A stretch of 64,000 nt of DNA, taken from the NCBI GenBank assembly GCA_013265495.1, contig MU058059.1, forward strand, positions 2,767,502 to 2,831,501. Direction: 5' to 3'. This DNA comes from Vicugna vicugna (taxonomy: Eukaryota). Shown here in pieces: positions 27,081 to 40,567 of the stretch. The notes beneath the pieces are model-generated. The model ran no database searches, was not told where the DNA came from, and worked only from the letters and a program-made list of their open reading frames with translations. A program made the translations under genes and the position numbers. Each line of letters begins with the position of its first letter. Within the stretch, counting starts at the first letter, position 1.

Positions 27081-29499
27081 GAACAAAATGAAAACTCCCC
27101 CTGGAAGTCAGAAGGAAGAAGTTCAGTTCTAAAGGAAGAAAGTCAGAGCTTCACCAAGGGACTACGTCACAGATGAGACCAGCAAGAACAAGTGCACTTT
27201 CCGTGGGTGGATGGACGGGGAGGGCACTCCGGACGGAAGAGGTTAGCGGAGGGCAGCTCTGGAAGCCTGAGTGGCCCCGAGTCCCTGTCCGGGGGGTGGG
27301 GAGGGGCTGGAGGATGGGGTTCTCCCAATAGCAGAGAAACAGTCCCTGTTTCAGGATCTCCAGCTGCTTCTGTCACTGTCCTGGTTGAACGTTCTTGGTG
27401 CTATGTTTTAAAAGAAGAGGAATAGTCCTGTGGTGGGAAGTGTGTGCTGGAGAAGACAGGCGAAGGCGGGAAATGGATTTCTGCAGGACCTGCATCTTTA
27501 AAGGGCACAGTTCCTTTGTCTGAGTCGATATAACCACAGGAACCACCTGGGGCTCTCTGCCGCTGAGCCAGCTGCCTGCCCGTGGGCTGCTCCGGGCAGA
27601 GTGCACACTGGATGCTGGGATGCGCATGTGTGCGCGCAGGTGGGGCACCGGGAGCTGGGATCACCAGCTGATCACCCGCTACGACCATCAGGCACCTCTA
27701 CCACCAGCTGTTGAGGAGCAGTGGCCAGCTACCCGCAGAAGCAAGGTGGGGTGATCACTGTCATGGCTAGCCCTGTGGCTTCTTAGAGCAGGTGAGCTCA
27801 GGGGCCAGGCCTTCTGCATCTCCCACGTTGCCAGCATGTGACCTCTCTGGCCTAATCACAGACCTAGAGAAGTTCTTGAAAACACTGCACGTGCGCCTGC
27901 ACGTGCACATGCGCACGCACACACACACACACTTTCTTCTAGGTAGAGGGGTAGCGTTTTATTTTTAAGGACCACTGATGAAGGTTTTTTGAACCTCTCT
28001 GAAAAACTCACATTTAATAACACAGCCCAATGGCATTAATGGGCAGAGGACTGGGCTGGCACTCAGGAGGGCCTGGGGCTGAGTCTGATTCTTGCTGTCT
28101 GACCTTGTGCAAGTCACAGACCCGTTCTGGTCCTCGGTATCCTTATGTGCAGAAAAAGAGGATAGCAGACCTTGTGGCTATTAAAATTATTCCAAGTCTG
28201 AGTGTGAAATGATCCCACTTCATGACTCTAGAATGAGCCCCTTTAGAAGCCCTGCAGCTCAGCAGGTCGGGAGAGGGGTTCTGCAGTTCCCGCCACGGGC
28301 TCACCCGTGCCGGCTGCATGCCTGGGGCCAGCCCTCACACCCTCACTCCCCAGCATAGCTGAAGGCATCTCAGGGCTTTGGTATGTGTTCCCAAAATCAG
28401 ACCCACGAGACTACAGGAAGTGCAATTCGCCTTGAGTTCCCTCCTCCACAGAGCCCTGCGCTGGGGGCCGGCCCACAGCCTCTCACTCGCCACCACCTCA
28501 CTCATCCCCTGGAGTGAGTCCCTCTGGGTCCCTGGGTCTGCCTTTTGGTTCTTCCTCTCAGGACACAAGATGTGGGGGGATGAAGGAGAGGGAGGCCAGC
28601 CTGGCCCCTGCAGGCTCGCCCCCAGGCCGCTCACTGGGGAGGCCACGCTTGTGAGAACCCCGTGATTCCAGGCAGCAGAATCCAAGTACAAAAGGCTTAC
28701 GTCTGGCCGTCATGATGATCTTGAAAAGGAGCGTTTGGAAGCTGTCTCTGCGGCTCCTCACAGCTCTGTGGGATGGGAATCTCCTGCCCAAAAGGCATGG
28801 CATTCACTTCTGTTGGGAGTTACCCAAACCTGCCTAGTGGGAGAGTGGCCTGCCGGCCGCTCTCCAGGCTCCTTAGCGCCTGGGACAGGTGGGCAGGACA
28901 GAGGGGTTGTGAAAGCACGGGAGTTTCCCTTTGTCTCAGCCTGCGTTTCCCCAGCAGAGAGCTTGCAGGCTCCTCCGGGCTCCTCTGCCCGCTCTTCCTC
29001 CTCCCGAAACCCAGCTCACCTCTCCAGGCCTCTCCAGGACCTCTGACCCCTGTGGTCACCTCCAGTCCAGCTCACAAAACTGTCATCGTAATTAACGTAA
29101 GAATTTCCACTTGGGGGCACTCACGACGAACCCCCAGGGCAGACGTTTCCGCCGCGTCTTATCACTCAGCCCAGCGCCTCCCAAACCCAGCTGCACTTTG
29201 GGGTTGAGTTGCCTGCGAACGGCGAGAAATACACGCCTCTGTCTCACCCAGAAATGATGGTTTAATTGGCCTGGCCTGTGACCTGGGCTTTGGAAATTAA
29301 TACCCTCCCCCCACAAATGAGTCTAATGTGCAAACTTGCAAACCTCTGACTTAATCTGAAAACCTTCTGATCTGAGGTAGAACAAAAGCCACCCCCTCCG
29401 CAGGTGAAGAACCTGAGCTCTAGCAGACTGAGTGCCTTACCCAAGCTCACTGCATCCTTAAGGGGAGAGGCAGCCTCTGCAATCAGGCTGTTGTCAGAA

Positions 29500-29656
29500 T
29501 CCTTGCTTCCCGAAGTGTGGTCCACAGCCCAGCAGCATCACATGGGAGCTTGTCTGATATGCAACTTCTGGGACGTTCAGAGCTACTGAATGAGAAACCT
29601 GGGAATGGGGCCAGGGCCTCCTGACGCCGGCTGAAGTTTGAGAACCACTGCTCTAG
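29500..29656. mobile_element. MER5A-like hAT-Charlie DNA transposon relic
   Basis: aagtgtggtcc..cagcagcatcacatgggagcttgt..tactgaatgagaaacctggg..gaagtttgagaaccactgctcta. Confidence 0.7.
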
Positions 29657-31739
29657 AGACGCCAGGAGGCCCCGAAGACCACAGTAGTCGCAGCCAACCC
29701 GGGAGCCTGCGCTCCCGGGGGCCTCTGACTGTTGTGTGTCACGTCGTCTGGGCTGCTGTCTGAAAGTGACCCACCTGAAGAGTTTTTTTCAGGCTGTTAG
29801 AAATCCAGGGGTTGTTCTGCTTTCTGTACGGTTTCATGTTTGTGAATTTCAAAGCCAGCGAGGATGGCCCACTGGTGGCAGAGACCGATGGCGCACCCCT
29901 GCCGCCCTGCATGGGGACGGGCAGGCAGCAGCCTCAGCCGCGGGGTGCCCGATTGATGGCCCGATAGAACGGCGGAGACACCCGGTAATTAGACGAACCG
30001 GATATGGGCTGAGGGCTACTGCCTTCCGTGAGGAGGATGTGCGAGGACCTGTGCGTAGCACCGGGATGGAGGAGGTGGCCAAGCCTGGCTCACGGTCAGA
30101 GGCAGGGAGCGTCTGGTCTGCGGTTCCTGGCAGGCCTGGGAAGGTGCGTCCAGAAAGAAGCCTATCTTCCTCTGGCTTCTTTTTTTGAAAAGCAAAATAA
30201 TAATTTGACACAAGTCCAAGCAGTTAAAAAGATGCTAAAAGGAGTCCAATGTTGAAAGGCTTTTAGTAGACTGAAAACAGATGTGACAGGCCATTTCGGG
30301 ATATTCTAGGAGATGAGGTGGGAGGGCAGGATGAGCCATCTGCCTCTTCTGGGCCCGCCCAGCCAGGTGCCTCTGCTCAGAGAAGTCTGCCCATAAACAC
30401 GCTCTGGCAGGAGGCTTCCTTTCTAATGACTGCTCTGCCGGAGCCCGGGGTGGCAGTTTGGGGCAGGCCATGCTTCTCTACCTGGTTCGCTCATGGGGCT
30501 TAGAGCGTGGCTGGCCCTGAGTGACTCCCGGTCCCCGTGGCCGCTTCCTGCTTCTGACACCAGGGGGCGTCTGGCTCCATCCAGCCTTCGAGGGGAGGGG
30601 GTACCCCTCTGGGTCTGGATTCCTAGGGAACCCAGGTCGCCCAAGGGACTTGGAAGAACAGTCCCCAGGAGAAGCTCTATGAGCATTTGGTACATTGCAG
30701 AGGCTTTTTCCCTGAGCCCAAGGCTTTGAAGCCCCCACACCTATAATTACTGAAAATTCAGAGAGTAGAGGGGCAGGTAAAGACGCTAAAACAGAAGCAT
30801 AGGTGACCAAACAGTGTGTCCCACAACAACCGTATTTTATTAGACTGGATGTACCTAATTGACATAGGTTGCAGGTGTGTGTTTTGTTCTTTGTAATTTT
30901 CAGAGAAATACGTGGATTTTTGAATTATGTATTGATTCCATGGAGAATTGTTTAATTTTAAAAGTTCACACGTTACCCTCTGTGGTTTCGTATCTCTCCA
31001 CTACCGTGTGCGCGCATGGGTGAAGTCACAAACGGGTAGGAGCAAGTCCCCCCAGAGAGAGGAGACTTGGGTGTGGGCCGCAGAAGCGTCGTGGTTAATT
31101 GCCACTGTGACAGTAATTAGACGTTCTGTGAGTGAAATCAGGGTTGCTGTCAAGTTAGACGTCACAAACGTGCATGATCTGTTCAGACTCACCCTCCATC
31201 CAGGAACAGAACGGGGAGATTATAGGTCTCTTATTCTGGACTATTTCAGATATGGCACAGGTATCCATGATGCAAATCTTTGAAATATTGTGGATAAGTC
31301 ATAATACATGTAAGTATTTTTACTGTAAAAAGTCACAGATAATTTTCCCACGAGGGGAAAAAAAAAGGTTCCCAGAGGAGACTAAATATGTAATGAGGGC
31401 GGGACCGTCTCCCGCTCGCAACGTGCCCGGCTCTCACCTTGCCGAGTAAAGGTGGCAAGGCCCGTCTAGGAGCGCGTGGACTGGCTGCCAGAGAGCCTCA
31501 TAAGGAGGCCGCTGGCGTGCTGCTCCGGCACATTAGTGGGCCAAGGTATTTGGCGTTCCGGAAACAGTCGCCTCCGTCCACATTTCTTTCTGTAGGTTCT
31601 CCCGGCAGGGGTTGTCCTTCCTGTGCTGATCCTGTGATTGTCCTCGGGAAATTCAGTTCTGCATGTACCTGTTGCATACTTACCGTGTATGGTACACGCG
31701 CCGGATTTACTGGGTTTGCAGAAATAAGCAATGCAAAAC

Positions 31740-32510
31740 CCTTGGCATCTGCCAGGCAGTGAGCAGGCGTCACGCAGTGTGAAGAGGGTATCACACGTGC
31801 AGGACGGGCTCACCTCATCAGAACATCAGGAGAGAGCTCACACCGTGGAGGAAAGACTTAGAAGGGGCGTGGCCTTTGAGGTGTTCTTGGAAGAGTGGAT
31901 AAAATGTTCGGCTAGGGAGGTGGAGTGGGCGGAGAACTTTCTGAACAGAAGGAGTGGCATGAGGAGGAGTCTGGATGAGGAGGTCTGCTTTGGGGATCGG
32001 CAGACTCCTCATCTTTGAACTTAAACTATATGTGGACAGAAAGGAGCAGAGGGAAAAGGGTGAAAATGCTCGTTGTGGCCAAATAGAAAACAGATCTTCG
32101 CGTGCCAGGCCAAATCTGATTTCTATTAATTTCACAGGCGGTAGTTGGAAATAGAAGTTTATTGAACAGAACGAGAAAATGCCATTGGGGTGACACTTTG
32201 GAAGGGTTTTGGCGATGCTGCTGTGTATAAAACTTGCATGCAGGAAGTTACCAGAACCTGAGCTAAGACGGTGACAGAGGAGATGAAGAGTTGGGAGATG
32301 TATTTGAGAGGTATTTCCAGAGCTTCTCAGATTGGCTGTTGGTTGGGTTTTGGAGAAGGAATACCCAGGTTTTGTGCCAGGGTGCCCAAGGACATCTTAG
32401 TGTCGTTGACATAGGGAGTCAGAAAGCCAGCCGTTGATGTGGGACAGAGAATTCTGGTTTAGACGAAATGCCTGTGAGGTGCCCCAGAAAGAAATTAGAA
32501 ACCGAATTCA
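31740..32510 (-). mobile_element. Old L2 fragments (diverged)
   Basis: Purine-rich L2-antisense-like blocks (ggaggaaagact..tttgaggtgttcttggaagagtggata; gagatgtatttgagagg..gattggctgt; tttagacgaaatgcctgtgagg). Confidence 0.45.
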
Positions 32511-33317
32511 GCACTGGGAGAGATAGGACCAGAGGTCCAGAAGTTCACCCTTGGGGAAGCGGCGGCAGGAGGGCCTGTAGCACCAGGAGCCCGGGTCAGA
32601 TCCGCCTCCTGCCCCCCCTCACCCCAGGCTGCTGCTGTCTGGGAGAGCCGGGGGCAGAAGACCCGTTCCCCGGGAGGGCCAAGTCTGACAGTTCCTCCAC
32701 CTGCCAAATCCCTGGATTGAAGCCTTCAGGAATAGGGAGAGACTGGGTTCCTATCTCAGCAAGGTTTGTTGAATGTTGAATATTGAATTTACTAAGATTA
32801 AAATGAAGCTGTAACACCAACTTGGGAAAAACACACAGCTACTTCCTTCTTCAGAAGAAAAACGTCTCTCGTCTTTGCTGTTGGCTCTGATGTCCTGCTC
32901 TGTTGTCCTCAAACGTGTTCACTCGATTTCTGAAACTAGGAGGAATTTGAAATTCCAAGGAGCTAAGATATGGCAAGCTACCTCTTACAGTTTTATTTTT
33001 CCAGGCCATTCCTGAGTGGGAACAGACAGGAAATGAATCGTTACTTAACAGAGATGTTTGTGGTATAAATACAATTTGTTAACTTTAGACCATTTTCCTC
33101 GGTTTCACTCCTGCCATACCTCAAATTTTGTTTTCTTCTGAAGAGAGAAAAAAGCACAAGTGATCTGGAAAAATAAACCTTGCTTTTGAGTGTTCCGCTT
33201 AACTTCTGTTTTTGGGTACAAATTGTATCCTATAAATTATACTGTGACCCATCATTTGGAGAACTTAAAAAAAAAACGAAAAGCCTAACCCCTCATTTCC
33301 TTTGTGTTTTTCTAAAG

Positions 33318-33434
33318 GTCAAATGCTGCAAATACTGGCCAGATGACACAGAGATATATAAAGACATTAAAGTTACACTCATAGAAACAGAGCTACTGGC
33401 AGAATACGTGATAAGAACGTTTGCCGTTGAAAAG
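33318..33434 (+). CDS. PTPRM: PTPRM coding exon: [39 protein letters not shown], 117 nt
   Basis: tttttctaaag acceptor; gtacgt donor; KCxxYWP PTP motif; phase 0/0 joins neighbouring exons. Confidence 0.96.
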
Positions 33435-36235
33435 GTACGTTTTCATGCTCCTTTGGAAAGCTATGGTCAGCCGTGAGTGCTGGCAGCCTCATTAACTTAC
33501 CTGGGATCATTCATACGTGGTCACACCTGAAGGCAGGTGGGCTCTTTCCAGTCATTTCTCAAGATTGCATCTCGCCCTCTGATTCTGTAGCAGCTCAGGT
33601 CCATCTTTGAAACAAATCATGCCCATTTCACAAAACTCTGTGTTGCAACAGACCCGAAAGATACCACCTCTCTGTCTACTGCCTCTTCCTTTTTAAGCTG
33701 GTAGATGCTGTCCTGCCCATCGCTCTGTCTGGTTCACAGACAGTTTGATACGTGCCCTTTGTGCCATATGTCCACGTGGGTTTCCTGGTCGTGAGTTAGC
33801 GTCACAGGCCTTAACTCCTCCTGGAACCCCCCTACTTTCTTGGGGCTTTTCCAGCCTGTGGGTTTCATAGGACAAATGGGTTTTCCAGGTGGAAGTTTCC
33901 ACCTGGAAACACAAGTAGACGCGGGACACCCTTGCATGACCAGCGCCTCCGTGCATCCTCGCCGCCATGCTGGTTCCAGCCCTCCGTGCCCACTGGCCCT
34001 GGGTGGGGGTCGCTGTGGCTCTCTGCCTCGTCCCATGTGCATGGATGGGGCCTCTTCTCCGGGAAGCGCTGGAGGGCGTAACAGGGAATCTCCTTGCTCC
34101 CCCTCTTTCTGCTGACATAGGGAGGGGCCGGAAGTGACGCACACTGCAGTCCGTCCAGAGAAGCGTCACAGGTAGGCTGCGGGGGAGTGGAGGTGACGGG
34201 GCCGAGAAACCTGCTGCCCTGCGGTCCTCGTCTTGCCTTCACAGGAGGGGACACATGCTTTTGTCTGGGAGGTCCGCAGACTTTTCTGTCCAGACCTGAT
34301 TCTCCATGACGGAGCCCTGCACTGGATGTGGTGATGCGTCGTGGACTTACCACTGGCGGGTCCCCTGGGAGGACCCGGGCTGAGGTGGACTGCTGGGCAC
34401 TTGGCTCCCGGCCCTCCTCTCTCATTCTCATGACATCAAAGTGCACTTTCCAGATGAACAAGACCAGTTTTAGGAAGTGAGGAAACAGCAGCATTGGCTT
34501 GTTGGCTAATTTACCCTGCTGTTTGGAACCACCTCTCCTGGTTTTCAAATCCGTATTTGTCATAGAATCACAAGGCTGAAAAGACTTTCCTTTATTTTAA
34601 CCTGTTTCTCAGACTATTTAGCATTTTTCCCCCTCAGCCTGTCTTTTTTAATAAGCAGGCAGGAGGCTTGGAGACTTCAAAGAATGTGAAGTTCTGGTTG
34701 ACTCAGTTCTTCGAGTTCTGAACCTCACACTTTGATGTCAGTTTTTTTCCTTCTTAGGCAGGATTGAGGGGAAAATATGGGGGATTTTTCTGTGGCAAGA
34801 GCATTCATGAATAACTGCATTAAAACAGCGATAAAAGACCCTGAATATTCTTTTCTCTAAAAAAAAAACCATCCAAAAGCCATCACTTAAACATGCAGTC
34901 CTTTGAACAATAGTCAGCTCTCTAATAAGCTGAAAATGCATCTCTGTTGCTAAAGGAAGGGTTTGTTTGTTTCTTTGCTCTTTTTTAACCTCTTACTGCC
35001 CCCTCCCACATCCCCAGCTACACAGAAATGGTTCTGAAATGCCCAGTTATTTTAGTCACCAGACAACCAGCCAAGAGGTGGTGGAAGGAAGGCAGGACAA
35101 GGAGCTTGTTCAGGCATTTGGGGAAATTAAAATGACGTGTTAGTGATTTTCTAACCGGGCAGCTGGAATCTCTAAGGAAAATAAATCATTAGTACTTCTG
35201 TGGAACGCTGCTTGTAGGTTTTAAACTTTCTCATTAGAAAGGAAATTAAAAACAACAACAACAGCCGAGCGTGCACCTTGACAGTCCCACAGTTCTGATT
35301 CTACTTTGAGAGTATTTGCATCCAGAGCCCTGAAGGCGATAAGTGGGTCTGGGTTCCATTTCCGCAAAGCAAGCAGGTAGGTTGCACTTTGATCAATTCC
35401 TGTTTGACCTGGGACTGTCTTTCCTTTCCTGGGGGAGCTGATGACTCAAAGCTACACAGATTTTAGATCACAAAGTGCCGGTCCTGTCAGGAGGACGGCT
35501 GAAAAGTCTCTGTGGATCTGGGCAATCTGGTGACTCTGTCCCCACCTCTCTGGGCAGGAAGGAAGCCAGCAGTGGACACTGAATCCTCTCTGCTGGAAAC
35601 TCAGAGAGGCAGGAACTGGCCCTGCTCCTCTGTGAGACAGGACGTGCACCTAGTGATTCATTTTTGCCCCGTCTTTATCAGGCGCCCACTCTGGGTGGGC
35701 ACTGCTGTTTGTCTCGGGTTCTGCCATCCCATTATACCACAGCGAAAATGAGTGAATGTCACTTTTTCATATAGCAATAATACTAAGTATTATATTTATA
35801 CTGTATATAACATAATTCTCATATTATTTCTATAACATTAATTCTTACTAATGAAAAATAAACAAAAATACACTTGATATCAAGTTGGGAGGTCCTGGGG
35901 CTGTGAGCACTGGTCCTACCTACAGTTTTCCCCCACGTAGGTTACAGAACAGCGGGAGGCAAAGCTGCCATGTCCGTGAGCAAGCGTGAGAGGCAGCTCG
36001 GGCAGTTTCCCTGCTAATCTTGTCAGTGGTGAACGTATCTGAGGGTGGAGGTCCACCTGGGGAGAAGGTTCCCTACACCCCAGACACTGACATCGACCTC
36101 GCTGAGAAAGTGAGCCTTAGATCAGCTGGGGGCCCATCTCACGACGGATGGAGTTTGGGGTCTGGGGATGCTGGGTCTGAAATCTAGCACAGCTAGAAAG
36201 GGAAGTGCCCAAAAATTAAAAATAAAAATCACAGC

Positions 36236-37056
36236 ATATACTGCTGGTGGGAATGTAGTTTGCTGCAGCCATTATAGAACAAAGTTTGGGGATTCCTTCA
36301 AAAACTGAAAAAAGACTTACCATATCATCCAGCAATCCCACTCCTGGGCATATATCCAGAGGGAACTGTAATTCAAAAAGATACATGCACCCCAGTGTTC
36401 ACAGCAGCACTGTTTACAATAGCCAAGACATGGAGGCAACCTAAATGTCCATTGACATTGACAGATGACTGGATAAAGAAGTTGAGTGTGTGTGTGTGTG
36501 TATATATATATATATGTATATGTATATATATATACACATATATATATATATATATACCACAACAATTATACACACACACACACACACAAACACACGATGG
36601 AATATTACTCAGCCATAAAAAGAATGAAATAATGCCATTTGCAGGAACATGGATGGACCTGAAGATTGTCATACTAAGTGAAGTAAGCCAGACAAAGACA
36701 AATATCATATATCACTTATATGTAGAATCCAAAAAAATGACACAAGTGAACTTATTTACAAAACAGAAACAGACTCACAGACATAGAAAATAAAACTTTG
36801 GTTACCAGTGGGGGAAAGGGAGGGGGTGGAGGGATAAACTGGGAGTTCAGGATTTGCAGATACTAACTACTGTATATAAAATAAGTCAACAGCAAGGTCC
36901 CACTGTACGACACAGGGAACTCTATCCGTTACCTTGTAATGGCCTAGAGCGAAAAAGCAGGTGGAAGGGAATATATGTGTACAAGTGAATCACTATACTG
37001 TACACTAGAAATTAGCACAACATTGTAAACTGACTAGACTTCAATTTAAAAAAAGA
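36236..37056 (+). mobile_element. L1 LINE 3' portion (ORF2 C-terminal remnant plus 3' UTR and A-tail)
   Basis: Translation FTAALFTIAKTWRQPKCP..DDWIKKL..KKNEIMPFAGTWMDLKIVILSEVSQ matches the L1 ORF2 C-terminus; 3' UTR as in other copies. Confidence 0.92.
36487..36593. repeat. Compound (TG)n(TA)n(CA)n microsatellite inside L1
   Basis: tgtgtgtgtgtgtgtatatatata...tatacacacacacacacac. Confidence 0.9.
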
Positions 37057-38072
37057 TTACAGTGTACAGGAGAAATAAATGCCCTTTGTTCGTCTCTGGA
37101 ATAAATACATATTTATTAAAGGCTTTCCCAGTCCACGGGACCACCGCTGCCCCATCGCCATAGGAGATCCAGGGGAGCGCGAGGGGTTTAGAGGGCAGCT
37201 CAGGCCTGGCCATTGTCTTCCGCTGGAGGCTTTGGCCAAATGTTGCCATGGTTTTCGTGATGGAAATATGGGTGCCTCACTACCTGGTAATCTCACTGTG
37301 GGGTCACAGAGCATATTTAGCAGATGACAGTGTTGATGTGAATCCCTGATGGCTTAATTCGTTCATGCTTAAACTCCACTAAAAAATAAAGTGATTTTCA
37401 AAGAGAAATAAAACCTCAGCACTTGCTTTAAATTAAACCAAGACCAACGAACATGCTGATGGCAAACAAGTCTTGTCTTAAAACCTATCACTGTTTGCCT
37501 CTTCTGGTCTTTCAAAGCACATAAAAATCCTGAATTTCTCCCTGGCTAAGTATGTGTGAACAGTGGCTGAGGGAGGGCTGTGACAAGGCTACTGGGTATT
37601 TAATGTTAAGATAATAAAATCAAACCCAGGGCCTGATGCAGAGATGGTGTTCAGGAAACAGTGATGGAGTGAGAGAAGGGAGAAGTCCAGTTTGTGCTTG
37701 GATTCCCTCCAGAATTCTGAGAGTAATTGTTGTTTTCAAAATAAACTTTTGTTTTAAAACACAGTCTTCATACACAGGCTCCTAATTAAAAAAAAAAGAC
37801 AGATATAAACCAACTTAATTATTCTCGAAACAAGAATACGTTTTTCCAAAACAACCCTCTGCCTTCCGTCTTCGGTTTACTGCGGACCCCACCCCCAAAC
37901 ATCACCTCCCCTTCACCCCACAAACGTCTTCCTCCCTGTTACACCTTCTCGCCAGCAGTTCAGTTTCCCAGCCCTGGGCTCAGTCGCTGCTTCGGGGTAC
38001 GTGGCCCCCTCCTGGCTTCTCATCGTGTATTTTCCTTTGTTCTCTCCCCCGGGCTGTGCCGACGGACGGCAG

Positions 38073-38227
38073 CGAGGTGTTCACGAAATCCGCGAGATCA
38101 GACAGTTTCACTTCACCGGCTGGCCGGACCACGGCGTCCCCTACCACGCCACGGGGCTGCTGGGCTTCGTCCGGCAGGTCAAATCCAAGAGTCCGCCCAG
38201 CGCAGGCCCGCTGGTGGTGCACTGCAG
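38073..38227 (+). CDS. PTPRM: PTPRM coding exon with WPD loop: [51 protein letters not shown](S), 155 nt
   Basis: cag acceptor ending 38072; gtgagc donor at 38228; WPDHGVP and VVHC motifs. Confidence 0.96.
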
Positions 38228-38479
38228 GTGAGCGGAGGCCAGAGGCCCTGGAAGGAAGCACGCGGGCGGTGGGCACGGGTCTCCTTGGGGGCTGCAAGCG
38301 TGTGCCAGCTCGTTAGCGGTGATGACTGCACCGCGTCGGGAAGGCGCCGGGTGCCGCCGCATCGTGCACTTCGCAGGGGTTCATTTCACGTTGCGTGAAT
38401 GTCACCGTAATGGAAATACAGGGGGAAGCGGCAGCGCCGGGGCCCTTTCCCCTCGGCTGACGGAGCCTCTCTCTCGCAG

Positions 38480-38615
38480 TGCTGGCGCCGGGAGGACCGG
38501 CTGTTTCATCGTCATCGACATCATGCTGGACATGGCGGAAAGGGAAGGCGTGGTGGACATCTACAACTGCGTCCGCGAGCTGCGGTCTCGGAGGGTGAAC
38601 ATGGTGCAGACCGAG
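38480..38615 (+). CDS. PTPRM: PTPRM coding exon completing the catalytic loop: (S)[45 protein letters not shown], 136 nt
   Basis: ctctctctcgcag acceptor; gtaccg donor; AG+T restores Ser of [10 protein letters not shown] across a 252-nt intron. Confidence 0.96.
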
Positions 38616-40332
38616 GTACCGCCGCTCCCCGCCGCCCCCAGCGCCTGCCCTGCGCCCCGCCTCCCGGGCCGAGGGGAAAGCAGGCCAGCAGTCCTGTCTC
38701 CAAAACTCCCCGGAAGAAAAGCCATCTTCCGGGCTATCCTCTTCCCCTCCCTCCCTCTCTCCATCCACCCTTCCTTCTCTCTATCTTCCATAAACGCGCA
38801 GAAAAGGCCAGGAGTCTCCCAGGCCTCCAGCTCTGCTCCGTGAGCCCGACTCTGCCCTTGCTTCCGTGTCCAGGGTCCAGCGAGGCTCTCCATGAAGCAC
38901 TCGGATTCAGTGCCGTTTCTTTTTATTGTGTCTTTGAAACTAGCTGGTAACCAGAGCGAGACCACTCCCGAGAACAGCCAGGCATTTGGCAAGTGGCTGA
39001 AGGGTGGTCTCTGTGTGTTTTGTTCTCCCCGTCCTATCCCTAGAAAGAAAGTCTGCCCCGTGGCCCGGCATCGTGGGAATTCACCCATTTTCTGGAAGTT
39101 CTCCTCTATAATTTACATATAAATTAGAATTGAAGGTGTAGCAGGAATTTAAGTTTTTGAGAAAAAGCATTCCATCCTACTTCCAGGAAATTCATGTATT
39201 TACTAATATTTGATCACTTTAAGTAGGCATGGCACTCACCACCTGGAAAATGAATCATGGTGTAGAATGATCAAGAATCCTTTACATTCAGATTTTGTAT
39301 TTAAGTTAACAAGAGTCAGTGGGAAACCTAGTTTCATTTTCTAACTAATGAAGAGAAAGAGCAGAAACTGTAAATGCTACTTTCATGGCCTTTTTTTTAG
39401 AGGAGGGATTCTTTGTTTTAAAGATGAGAATGATCACGGTGTATTTTTTAATGTGCTTGACAGTTGACCAGACATTGTCACGTCCACTGTCTCACTCGAT
39501 CCATTTCTGAGGTGTGGTTTAATAGGGCGGGCTGTTTTTGAGAACTAAGAGTGCTACTTATTTATAGAAACCAAGGTAAAAAGTAATGGGACTCGTCTGC
39601 TTTCACATAATTAGAGCTCAATAGTAAATAGGGTAGAACTTTACTAATTAACCGTAGGGAAAATCAGTGCCAGTTCAGAATTATTAGAGGGTGATTTTTA
39701 AACTGTAGATTTGTATGTACAAACAGGAGCTCTTCCCTGGTCACATAAAGACTTTCATCATCATCACATTAATTCGTGTTTGAAAATAAGTATCTCTGAG
39801 TGCTCGGAACTGTTTATTTTCATAGTGATGTCACGTTTCCCTGGACCTTCTCTGCACTATCGATTTGGTTAGCAAAGTCCTCTTTTCATTATGGATGGAT
39901 AAGATTCGGCTTACTTCCTCCTCTGCAATGCTGAGTTCCAGACTCATGGGATCAGAATTACAGAGAGTGTAGCCACGGTTGCTTTCACATTCCAGTGTTT
40001 GTGCTGGTATTTATCAGTGTCTGAGTGGTTTTAATCGATCCATTTAACGCTTCTGCATTGAGCCCCCGTTTATCTCTTCCTCCTGTTACACCCCACACGT
40101 GCCCAGTCACTAACATGCCAGCCATCCCGTGTGGAGAACAGTCTTACTGGCCCTGGAGTACCCGCCTCCTAGCAGCCAGGTCCTGTCCCCTGCTCTGTCT
40201 CTGGTGGGAAGTCATGGTCTGTGATGGGTGGACCATCGTCTTGACCACATAGGGCTGCCCTCCATCCTTCCCTAGTTCCTTCGGGGCCCCTTGGTTTCTC
40301 TCCCCCTAACTGCCCCCACCCTGTGTCACCAG

Positions 40333-40482
40333 GAGCAGTATGTGTTTATCCACGATGCCATCCTGGAGGCCTGTCTTTGTGGAGACACCTCGGTCCCTGC
40401 TTCCCAAGTGAGGTCTCTGTATTATGACATGAACAAGCTGGATCCGCAGACAAACTCGAGCCAGATCAAAGAGGAGTTCCGG
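40333..40482 (+). CDS. PTPRM: PTPRM coding exon (end of D1 and linker): [50 protein letters not shown], 150 nt
   Basis: Branch-like cctaac, caccag acceptor, gtaagt donor; Q-loop QTEEQY formed across the junction. Confidence 0.96.
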
Positions 40483-40567
40483 GTAAGTCGTGCACAAGGG
40501 AGAGGCGACTGGCTGGGACCTCGCTCCCGAAGAAGTGTCTCAGAGTCAGCCCCCGACCCCATAAGCC

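Larger units (their letters stand above)
37985..38680. other. CpG-rich segment covering the two catalytic-site exons and their 252-nt intron
   Basis: Numerous CpGs in exons and intron, with AT-rich flanks at about 37.3-37.9 kb and 39.1-39.9 kb. Confidence 0.55.

Noticed and set aside
33865..34563. 232-aa ORF on - strand
   Set aside because: GC-rich intronic sequence, Arg/Pro/Gly-rich translation, open in several overlapping frames; likely chance.
36395..36793. 132-aa ORF
   Set aside because: L1 ORF2 C-terminal remnant interrupted by a microsatellite; not a host gene.
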